DNA of 63,466 nt, filler included, from Bigelowiella natans CCMP2755 (taxonomy: Eukaryota; Protista; Cercozoa), in assembly GCA_000320545.1 (NCBI GenBank). It is 9 parts of 9 records of this genome, joined end to end, with 100 filler letters (N's around TTAATTAATTAA, not from the genome) between each part and the next. Parts side by side here need not be neighbours in the genome. Positions count along the whole stretch, not along the records: positions 1 to 20,259 come from ADNK01003126.1; positions 20,360 to 25,853 come from ADNK01003419.1; 7 more parts are not named here. One strand, 5' to 3'. Under the pieces are notes generated by a model. It did no database searches and was not told the origin of the DNA. It was given only the letters and a program-made list of their open reading frames with translations. This document shows, piece by piece, positions 11,628 to 22,199 of the stretch; position 1 is the stretch's first letter; each line of letters begins with the position of its first letter. A program made the position numbers and the translations under genes.

Positions 11628-12656
11628 TGAGAGGAGCATCACGCAGCCCCTTGACCCACGCCCCCTCAGAAAAAAACCCTCGTGTGATGAAGCATCACAT
11701 CGACTATACGGGTAATAATCCACAGGAAGATTTCAAAAGCATTGTTCGCTGATAAAGGGCGCGTGAGTGCATCGTGTCTCCTCATACACATCATCGAGTA
11801 AAAATCTCCTTTTCTGCTTGCTCGAGAATAGGACGGACTATACCATGCTCAACGCCTCCTCATTCATCATTGCCTGCAGCTGGCCAACAGCCCCCTTGAA
11901 GAAGATGCGGAACGATTACAGGCAGCCATTTAAACGACGACGACTTCGCGCAATATTTATCAACAAAGCGCATGCTTCGGAGCAAACGAATAAATATGAA
12001 AGTGAATGGAGCATCGTTTGGCCGGGACAGGCAGTAGTAATTTGATGCAATAGTTGTGTGGCTCTGGGCGAGATATTGTCTATCCCCGGTCAATCGGAGC
12101 ACGTTCCTTCTCTCCTCATGGCATTACAAGAGCAGCATAGTTGACAATACTTTCGTGGTTACACATACCTCCTTCAGCACCACGAATCTCCAGGGCTCTG
12201 TCTTTCCATGCGTCGGCGCCCAGTTTGCAGCCTCGATCATCTGGGAGATCACTTTGCTGATGGGCATACGTGGGAAGAAAATCGCTTCAAAGATTGACGT
12301 GTTTGCGTGGTGTGACGACGAAGTGCAGCTGCTTGCGCAGATGATGAGAATCGGTTAATTTGGTTGGTTGGGCGTGATGCAAACTAGTACTCAGGCACTT
12401 TAGAGCCGTTGTAGTCCTTCGGGAATATCGAACGCCGAGTCTTGATGAGATGGAAGGCATCGTTCGCATTGACCTTCTTGCCCTCCTCAGAGAACCCAGT
12501 CTGCTTCTTCCTTCTGGCTCCCGTTTTATCATCACCCTGCTGTTTTGTAGTCTTGCCGCCCTTAGCGAAGAAGATAGTGCCAAGTACTCCTGCTAGCATT
12601 GCAAGCGCTACTCCCTGAGGAACACAAGCTTCAGACTTCCGAACGAACGACAGCAT
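9133..12656 (-). CDS. N-terminally anchored nitroreductase (YdjA-like), apparently spliced in frame to a CDP-alcohol phosphatidyltransferase domain
   Basis: Nitroreductase exons: IKTRRSIFPKDY, MIEAANWAPTHGKTEPWRFVVL, SHLIAICLKR, MPEWEDISAVACAVQNMHLVAHASG, AGYWSSGG, CLGLFHVG. Transferase exons: EVWTWANLVTAAR and LDIIDGPLARALNQCTQLGDILDHVAD (DxxDGxxAR...GxxxDxxxD), plus TM-rich last exons to TAA at 9133. Each domain call is strong. The fusion and one internal exon near 11.5-11.9 kb are less certain. Confidence 0.8.
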
Positions 12657-13080
12657 TCATAACACACTATGAGAAGGGCGGAAATATCGATGCCAATGGC
12701 ACGCGCCAGCTTAAATCCACCCAAAGTTTTAAGCGGGTCGCTTTCTGAAAAGAACTGTGAGAAAGCAACAGAGCCAAAGCGTCCGAGGGAAAGCAACTGA
12801 CTTTCCCCATCACATGTGTGCGCTGCTGGAAAAAAGGGCAGCAGCATCGTTGCGCACACCGTTGATCTAACCCCAACTCGCTCCTCCTTTCTCTTCCCAA
12901 TCCATGAAAAATGAAACCATGAGTGCATTGCAACGGTGATCACGGTTGATGAAAGTTGCAGGGTAGGGCATGGAAGGAAAGGGGGAACGGGGATGACCAA
13001 AGCTTGCTCCATTGTGGGTTGAATTGTGTCAATGAGCGCAATGGTACATGTAGATCTAGTAATTATTCCCCGAATCCGAT

Positions 13081-13160
13081 CATCCCGTCTAATCCCGTCT
13101 AATCCCGTCTAATCCCGTCTAATCCCGTCTAATCCCGTCTAATCCCTGCTAATCCCAGAT
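13081..13160. repeat. 10-bp tandem repeat (AATCCCGTCT)n
   Basis: Five perfect units at 13091-13140, a near-perfect unit at 13081-13090, and two degenerate units at 13141-13160. Confidence 0.95.
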
Positions 13161-13904
13161 GATACCAGATGTTTTGATGGAGGCCCTTGTGCAGTCTGTT
13201 CTGAGGAAACAACCATTCAAGCGGAAATGATGCGGCGTGCAAGGGCACCTGCATCTGGACGTCACAGCACGCGCACGCGCAGAGTTTGTTGTGAGGGTCT
13301 GCGTTGTGGTGCTGTGTGCTGTGCTCGGTGCACGTTTGTCGCTGTCTAGCTGTGTGTGTGGACCAGCCACAAACACACACGCACACGTTTTGTCCGTTGT
13401 CGTCCAAACGCGTCACTCTGATGGTTCATGGAATGCACGTTGATGACCGATGGCTGCACTTGTGAGGCCTTCACTTTTGCGCCAATGCACCTTTCGAAGT
13501 GCTGTGCGATGTCACGCCCGTGCATTCTTGTCTGCTTGCCGCCATGTCAACAAGGGAACTGGACAGCATCAGGACCGTCCCACCATGTGGACATTTGTGT
13601 CTGTCCCTACACCACCTGTTGCAACAGCAAGCTTCGACAGTCCTGCGTGTGCGATCTGGAAGAAGTTGCTCATCGTGAGTTTGAAATTGGCTTTGCACGT
13701 TGATGTGCAGTCACCGCTAGACCGCGCTGCGCGTAATCGCAGATGAACAATGAATGCGACAGGCCTAGGGGTGCGTGTGTCTGATGAGACACGCTTGCGG
13801 CATTCCGCATATTTGCAATGAACATCAACGACGACTTGTGCATGGCACCTGTTGCACACATTTGCAGCATGCGATGCAGTGCAATGTGAACGAAATGATG
13901 ATGA

Positions 13905-14323
13905 TCAGAGTGACATCAGCCCGCTGCCATGATCATGTTGGTGATGATGAGGAGGGTGGTGCCCACGAGAGGGACGTTGCCGATGGTTTTGATGCTGCTG
14001 CTGTTGCTGTTTGATGTCCGGACTAATTCGTCTCCTTTTCATGCATTCTGCTTTTCCGCTCTTCTTCATGCTGCTGTTCATCCGATGTGCACCTCCATCA
14101 TTATCGTCATCATTTTCCGTCTCCTCGTCATCATTTTCATCATCATCATCATTGCCATCATCAGGACCCTTCCTCCTCTTCATCGGGCCTCCAGAGGTGC
14201 CAGCAGCAGCAACAGAGACTACCCGGGGCAATTTTCCGTCCTCAAATTGTAGTGTGCGAGTACCCGCCATCAATTCCAGAATGGATTTGCCGCTATGTGG
14301 ACGGAGATATAAGTAACATAATG

Positions 14324-14364
<41 letters not shown>

Positions 14365-15247
14365 CAGATGCATTCACTCACAGCTAGACTTGTGCTGTCA
14401 TCATAGAATTTCATAACCGACGATCGCCCACCCACCCACCCACCCACCCGAATCTATACAAACTCGTTGTCCCCGTCCTCAATGTGAACGACACAAAAGA
14501 CACCGATGACACGACAGGGGGGGAAGGATGCGGATCCTTCTATCATTATCATCGGCGTTTTCAGGTCACCGGTGCGAAAATGCGAAAAAATGCGGAAAGC
14601 TTAGATGCGAGTCGTGGTTTTGTCGGACAAGCAGCTCGCTGAACTCTTCCATCACGTATTATTCAGTAGATACGGCACTAGTGTTGCTACTTAGATTCAT
14701 CGTGCACACCTGAGTTGCATATCATCTTTGCTGGAATCCCCCTTCCGCCGCCCCCTCCCACTTTGCTGCTGCTCCTGCTGCTGCGTAAGTCCTTTGCATG
14801 AGGCGGGCAAGTCATCTCCGAGCAGCAGGTTGTCAAAGAGGGTACCGTCAGGATTTACCCCCCCCCCGTCGAATGTTCTGGCGATTGCTTTTATCTCCCA
14901 GTCAGGGGGCAGCTTCTCCCATGCAGGAATATATCTGCATCGGTTATAGATTCGGAAGAGGGAGGACGAGAGGAGGAAGAGGAGGAGAAAGAAAGAAAAT
15001 AGGAGGAAGAAGACAGACAGCATGAGGGCGCATCTTCCTACCCCCTTGTGTTTTTGGTCGAATACCGACACCATCATCTTCAGTCATCATCATCATCATC
15101 ATCATCATCACTATCATCATGACTACCACTACCACCACCATCACCACCACCTCCACCACCACCACCACCTCCACCACCACCACCACTATCGCTTGATGCA
15201 TCGATGTTCTTGGCACCATCTGCTTCTCTACAAATGATATATATATA

Positions 15248-15294
<47 letters not shown>

Positions 15295-15980
15295 CGCACA
15301 TTATATGCATGTGCGCGCATAATATGTATACTAGTGCTGCCAAAAAATCGTTACCTTCTGTAGCTGGAAGGTAGCTTGCCTTTGAATACCCACTCATACA
15401 TCCTGAGACACAAACAATACATACACCATAAACAATACCATCAAAACCAAGGGCCATGGAGATAGCAAACACCGAACTAACCACCAAGAATCTACGATCA
15501 TCCACACAAAAGCGCGACATGTACTGCCATTTTGACATTCAACCCACCTCTCTCCCCCCCCGTCGGACCCCTCCCCCTCCCCCTTTGCAATATATCGATG
15601 AACACATTCAAAAACACCATTATTCTATCGAGCTCCGGAGGATTTGTCATCGAATGGGTCGTTGATATTTTAATCTCAAATGGTGAGGTGTTTATTTTCA
15701 TGTTTTCGTTGTCCCCTCCCTCCTCCACCTCGTGCTCTTCTTCCCGTCTCTCCCTTGCTACTACTGACCTTTTGGGAGGGGGGAACGGTATTGGATGGTA
15801 CTTATGCCTCATCCTGAGGGTGGGGTGGGGGCAGAGACGGAAAGGACAAAATCATAAAATGAAGAGTAGCGGCAGGATGAGTATGGAGGAGTTAGCACCT
15901 CGCGGAAGAAAGAAGAAGGAGGAGACCAGGAAGAAGACAGAATTCACCGAATATACGAATATCTCACGGAACAGGGAGAA

Positions 15981-16028
<48 letters not shown>

Positions 16029-17318
16029 TGTTGTCGGTCGTCCTCTTACGTGCAAGCGTCTCCTAGAGGGCAATACCCCAGGAAGAAATAGGGACACGGA
16101 GCGTTCTTAGCACCCTGTTATATGATATAGAGGAAGGAGGTACCGGTAAAAGTCAATTAAGATATGCGGGCGACGATGATGCTAACGCTGTTGGTCAGAG
16201 GGATTATGATGATGATAGACAGATAGAGAGAGATAGATAGATAGATGATGACGAAGAAAGAGGGAATGATGCGCTGTATGTCAAGATTTCATCATGTACT
16301 TCTTCCTCCAAAATCCGCCTCTCGTCCTGTGCAAAGTCGCCGCCCCCGTAAAACAGCGCGTCCTCTTGCTCTGTTCCTTTATTCAAAGGATGGGTGATGA
16401 TCGACGGCATTTTCCCAGGCGCATATATTTTTACAATTATAATTATTACTTTTGTTATCAACACGCACTACTGCTGCTACTACTACTACTACTACTACTA
16501 CTACTATTACTACTACTACTACAAATAGCATCAGCAGCAGCAACCACATCTAAGTCGAATGCTGTCGTCGTGATCGTCGCTATTTCTCTATTCTTCCCTC
16601 TCTATATTATTGCAATCCAACATCGGTACATTACGTGCTGGCTTCCCCTCCCAACGCTTGTGCACGAATATACAGCCCTCTTTGGAGCAGGGGTGCTGGT
16701 TATAAAACAGATTCAGCACATCATGATACACGATCTTGTGATGATGATGATGATGATGATGATAATGACGTGCGATAGAGAATCCGGAAAAAATCAAGAG
16801 CTTCAAGCCTACTAGCGCCCCTGCCATCAGCAGGACTACCACCTTTCTCGTCTCAATAGGACAGGATGGCATGTTCTCTAGGTCAAACTTGTGTAGCATT
16901 GGGCACGCCTCACCTGTAGGAGATAGAGGAGGAGAAATGAGGCGGCGAGGATGACACGATGAGTAGCACGAGGGGGGGGGGGGGGGCTTGTCGAGGGATG
17001 ATGAGCCACCATCGCATTGTTTATAATGCATATCATTGATCACAATGCAACCTCTTTCGCAAATTCCATTCAGCCAGTCGAAGCACACCTTGCCCTTCTC
17101 CCCCATGAAAAGCTTGCCTCTGTACATGAACCCCCCCAGGCTTTTTAGACGACGCGTCTCGGCAAGTTGGGCTGGGGGCGGGGGGAGGACAGTGAATGCG
17201 CAGCAGCAGGTGTGGGGTGGTAGTGTCCAGCATACGCGGCACATCGCGGGATCATTTGTGAAATTTTGCTCTCAGAGATTTCGCATGTCTATGGAATAAA
17301 ATGCAATAAGAATTTGAC

Positions 17319-17358
<40 letters not shown>

Positions 17359-17874
17359 CTTTTCTTCCTTTCCTTTCACGCTCTTCATTCTCTAATATTG
17401 AAGTTTGATTATTTCTGTTAATGGCTTTGCTCCCTTTGCCAACAACCTAATTCCCGCTGGTTTGATGTAGCCTCATCGTCGACGTCCTCATTAGGCGTGC
17501 TGCCTTTACCCCTCCCCTGTCCTTCCGCACGACCTACGAGTCATCCAAAAATGAATGCTTTCATCTGTTCACGGTGATAATGGGGCTGCAACTGTTGACT
17601 CCAAAAAATCGTGGATATGAGTGTCGTTGGGTTGTATTGAATTTACTATTGAGGAGATTGAAAGTGAGCTGGTGTCGCAACATAAACCACCTCGTCTTCC
17701 ATCGAGGGCTTGCTGCTTCTGTTCATCAATCATCTTCATCTGCGCAGCCCTACGCCGCTCTTCCTCCTCAACTTCCTCGTCAACAAAAACGAGCTCATCG
17801 TCCGCCGCTTTCTGTAGTGGTGCTTCCCCTCCTCCTCCTCCTCCCGCCCCACTCCGACCCGTCGTAGCCGCCAT
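13905..17874 (-). CDS. CCCH zinc-finger protein, CPSF30/YTH1-like, multi-exon
   Basis: Spliced fingers: VCFDWLNGICERG|EACPMLHKFDLENMPSC (cf. CPSF30 [30 protein letters not shown]), CPIETRK|HPCSKEGCIFVH and CPYFFLGYCPLGDAC|TMRH, each with a phase-matched junction. The start codon and C-terminal exons are approximate. Confidence 0.7.
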
Positions 17875-18931
17875 TCTGATAAAACAAAGTTGGTGAAGGG
17901 ATTCCATCACGGGGTATCATTTTCCTTCGTGGTCAATCATGCCTTCTTATGATCCTACTTAAGCTCTCACGTTATTCCATCAAACTTTGAATGCTCTTAT
18001 CGTTCAGCGTGGTGCTACCCGTTGTTATGATGACTTCGCTTGTTGACGTGCTGCCACGGAGACGATGCCAGGAACGACGAAGCCCCCTCTCCGGGATAGT
18101 AGCAGTCTTTCAAGGTGGTTTTCCAGCCATGGGAGAAATATGATGATGGTGGCGACATGTGATGGTTATTGACGCTTATGATTTTGCTTCGCAGAGCGGC
18201 TTGAGTCATGAAAAGGACGAGTGCGACGCAAAGACGGAACGACACGGCAGCACCATCCATGCGGCGGCGGGCCCGGACTCTGTGAGGCTGTCCATATTCC
18301 ATGGGGGGGGAGACGTTTACAACGAGCAACCGCGTCTGCGGTCATCCCCAGTAGCAAGGGAGAAGGAATTATCTCTGGGCAAGCAGCTCATCAATGAACG
18401 CACCGTTGTCGGAGCTGCTGGCGCTCTGAGCAGAACCAAAAAATCGACTCCTTCCTGCTCTTGTTTCCCATGGTGTTTTAATCGGTGCGACAACCTCCCA
18501 ATGTTGTCGCAGATTGCGAAACTGCGCTGGTGGGAAAATCCTTCCAACGGATGATGCTCGTGCTCGTCGCACACGCAAAACAAAGGGCTTTTTACCAACG
18601 GTTGTTGGCAAATTGGCGTCGACTATCCGACGTCGACTCTGACAGCTAAGCACTTGTGCGGACGATCCCTTCGGTTGCATAGATGGAAGATGGAAACACT
18701 TCATGTGTTCATTCATTCATTCATGAACGGGTAGACAAGAGGATAGAAGCCGCCCTTCAGCATTCTAAATACTCTGTGCAGTTTTTTTTACCTCTCTCTA
18801 GCTCTCTGCTCATCATGTGTGGTTTGGAATGCCAGAATGTGATGCATGTGTGTTGCGCGTAAGGTGTTCACAGGCCGAGGCGCTACGTGCACAAGTAGGC
18901 AGGGGGGGGGAAAGGCACGTTTGCTTCCTTT

Positions 18932-19176
18932 TGAAGAGTTGTGTTTATTTTTATTAAAGATTATATTTTTATTAAATCGTGCACTGCGTAATCATTCGCG
19001 AAGCTTTCGCGAATGCCGCCGCACGTGGGGCAGCACACTTCCGGTGTGCTGCCATGAGTCCCGCCGGAACCCACGTGCCTATGCTGTATTAATATCTACG
19101 TTATCTATATTCTATATCCGCGACAACCCCTTTGTTGTCGCACGTGACTTGTGCCCGCGTAGTGGTACGCGCTACA
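18932..19176 (-). repeat. Putative 3' LTR (about 245 bp, TG...CA)
   Basis: Begins TG right after the PPT at 19177-19184. Has two AATAAA signals shortly before a terminal ...CTTCA. No second LTR is present, so the distal boundary is inferred. Confidence 0.55.
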
Positions 19177-20040
19177 CCTCCCCCAAGTCACGTTGCTCCT
19201 TCCTTCCTTCCTTATTCCCTTAGACCTTCATCGCTTTCGGAACTTCACCAACCACCAGGTAATAGATTCCTCTCTAACCTTATCTCCTTTGTCGCTTACC
19301 CAGAACTCACCTTCGTCCTTAGGTTCGTGTCCATACCAGCCCTCTGCATCAAGGTCCCCCAGGACCTTATACCAGTGCTCAAAGGGTAAGTCGGGAACAG
19401 CTAGGTAGAGTAGCTGATATTTTCCGTCCTTTATTTTCATAGCTACCCTCTCCATATTTCGTAATCCAGGGTAGCCTAGATAGACAATCTTCATGCGCCA
19501 ATCGTCGTTCACCCTGACCTTATTGTTTCCATATTCCACATCGAACTTAGGTCGGGGTCCTAAACAAGGCATTGCTCGCTCCCACACAGTAGGGTTTACT
19601 TTAACATCCTCTAGGAGCTTCTCACCGATATCATAATTCTTTAGGTGACTGATGTGGCGCAAGGTGACCCTGTTCCCATCATAGATGTAGTACTGCTTCC
19701 TCCCCTTCCTCTCGGTAACCTTTGCAACGCCACCCCAGAAGGGGTCTTGTTTATTTCTCGATCTCAGATTTACCTTGGCCCTAACATACTGTCCTTCCTT
19801 TAGAACTCGGCCATCGTACGGGACCTTCTCGTCTTCGCTCTCGGTATCGTCGTCGTTGTCGTCGCCTTCTTCCCTCTCCTTATCCTTGATACCTCCCCCA
19901 GACGTGAAGGTGTCGTTTACTAACCCTTGTATCTTGTCTGGTGTGGTGCTATTTATCCTGCTTAGGTTGGCCAAGGTGCGGTGGAGTCGCTCTACCTTGG
20001 AGTTGGACTGGGCATAGTATACAGGTGAGGCATCGATAGT
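18932..20040 (-). mobile_element. 5'-truncated Ty3/Gypsy-like LTR retrotransposon relic (integrase C-terminal part, PPT, 3' LTR)
   Basis: Open frame 20040 to 19228: TIDASPVYYAQSNSKVERLHRTL is the integrase core end carrying the catalytic E. LKEGQYVRAKVNLRSRNKQDPFWGGVAKVTERKGRKQYYIY...RHISHLK resembles the GPY/F-SH3-like tail. After the stop come purine tracts, with GGGGGAGG directly followed by TGTAGC. Confidence 0.8.
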
Positions 20041-20045
20041 ATGTT

Positions 20046-20114
<69 letters not shown>

Positions 20115-20259
20115 TCCAAGTATTTAAAATCTTTTAAGTCGTGATGGCGGTTTTGTGTGTCTGCCACCGAATATATTCTGGTGCCTGGTCATGCTTTCGG
20201 TGATGAATGGTATGCAAAACAGGGAGGCTGCTCACGGGTTCAAATGTCACATGCATGCC

Positions 20260-20359
20260 NNNNNNNNNNNNNNNNNNNNNNNNNNNNNNNNNNNNNNNNN
20301 NNNTTAATTAATTAANNNNNNNNNNNNNNNNNNNNNNNNNNNNNNNNNNNNNNNNNNNN
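20260..20359. other. Artificial contig spacer
   Basis: 44 N + TTAATTAATTAA (stops in all six frames) + 44 N. Confidence 0.98.
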
Positions 20360-20740
20360 GATATATACGTATTTTTCGCGAACCTATTGGTGAAGTCCTC
20401 GATTGTGTTATCGTTGACGTTGTAGTACAAGGCATTCATGGTTAAGTCTCGACGGTACGCATCCTCCCAAGGAGTGCCGACACGTATCTGCACGATCAGC
20501 CAAGGAAGAAGCAGCGAGCTTACATTGATGATATACACACATACGTGGTGTGTGTGTGTATGTGTGTGCGTGTTTCTCTCCCCCCGCCCCCCTCTGCTAC
20601 CTCTGGTATCCGTGAATCTTGTGTGTACTCCTCCGATCTGTAAACGTATTTTTTAGGTTTCTGGTCACGTAAAGAAGAATGCAATGATGATAAATCGAGC
20701 ACATTTCCCTTCTCCGTGATGAGGCAGCTAGCATATATTT

Positions 20741-20774
<34 letters not shown>

Positions 20775-21953
20775 CATAATATTATCAATTAAACTAAGCA
20801 GATAAAAGGGCTACTACTACTACTGCTACTACGGCTCTCGCAACAAACACAACCTGAGGTGGTTGACATCGATGGACCGACGGCGGTAGCGGAAGGTTGC
20901 TGTCGCTAGATGCTGATAACGGTAGTAGGATATACACAAAGAGGAGATATATCATTAACGTCACGCCAGTCGCTTACTGGTTAGAAGTCTTCGGGTATGG
21001 TTAAAAGTGTGGATCCCTATCATGACGGGGCTGCATGGTTAAGGGCGCTAATGAGAGCTACCACTACTACTACTACTCGCACCTTTGACTTTTCAGGGTT
21101 CGTCTTGATCACAGACACCTTGGCAGATTGAAGGCCCTGCGCCACTAGGTATTCGTTCATAAGCTCCGCGAACTGCTCGCCCATCATGTCGTCGACAGCG
21201 ATGTCGATGTCATCCGACTTGAGGCCGAGAAGCTTGTCGCGCACCCAGCCTCCCGCCACGCGCACGGTCGTGTTGAGCTGATGGAACTCGACAACCCTCC
21301 GAAGCTGCTCGAACACGTCCTTCTCCTCCTCGGTCACCTCAATCATGCCCGTCGCTGGAACCACGATGGGCGGTTTGAAGAGCGTTGTTTCATCGACCGC
21401 ATTCGTGGCAGACGCGTGTTCGCCTCCGGCCAAGCCGCGTGCATGGCGGCGCTGGGAGGAGCGGTGCCAAAGATTGGAGAATGTCCAAGGAGCAAATCTT
21501 CCAAAGGCACACATCCCAGACGCTTCGGACGACGATCTCTTGGCGGAAGACGTGGAGCAGCTCGAGGACAACAAAGCGCGATTCTTTACCATCGATGCCC
21601 TGCAGAGAGAGCGTGTCAATTTACACTAGCCGGTTCTCTTACAGGGGGGGTAAAAGGGGATGGTGATGATCATGATGATCATGATGATGTCTACCACCTT
21701 GAATGATGCACCGAGATAGGCGAATGGATCAGCGCGAGGCATGGCAGAGCAAGCATCATCGCTGCCTGTCAATGAGAAGACACAACCATATTAAACTAAG
21801 CTCCATCTTGAAGAAACACTCTCAGAATACCTGTTCGCAAGTCCCTCTCTTCCGGGCGTGGTAAAGCCGCTTGCACGAGTGCGCCGAAGATAATTTTAGC
21901 AGCTGCATCCCGAACCCACCGCAGGCTGGTATCGCCCTCGCGCTTCGAATCAT
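20360..21953 (-). CDS. TRNT1: Class II tRNA nucleotidyltransferase (CCA-adding enzyme), 3'-truncated at the contig end
   Basis: Exons 21953-21831, 21765-21698, 21599-21083, 20912-20854, 20637-20601 and one near 20490-20385, all phase-consistent. Motifs: VRVAGGWVRDKLLG..SDDIDIA, KSK|HLATAT, R|SEEYTQDSRIP, GTPWEDAYRRDLTMNALYYN. Confidence 0.95.
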
Positions 21954-22199
21954 GGCTGGCGGTGGTCCGCCATTCGGGAGGTAAAGCCAGGGAGGAGAGC
22001 CGGTATGGACGTTTTTATTCAATTTTGGGCTACATTTTATGTCACAGGTACATAATCAGCTACATTTTTCAACAAATAAATGTTTATGTTAAAATTCGGT
22101 GGAATTCATTGTCGCAGATAAGAATTCCTCATACAACCAACCCAAAGGTTCCGCTTTTCTGATATTTTTCTGCAAGCATCCGCCTACTCCGCCCCCTCC

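Noticed and set aside
13081-13160. Possible CRISPR array
   Set aside because: Contiguous 10-bp units with no spacers, in a eukaryotic context with no cas genes.
18015-18716. SSR-free block with overlapping ORFs on both strands
   Set aside because: No motif and no convincing splice model, and the strand is undecidable without expression data.
20304-20315. Recurring TTAATTAATTAA as a biological motif (PacI-like site)
   Set aside because: Always centred in exactly 44+44 Ns, so it is an assembly linker.
21345-21629. Acidic plus-strand ORF overlapping the CCA N-terminus
   Set aside because: Best explained as the antisense shadow of a GC-rich coding exon, with no independent support.
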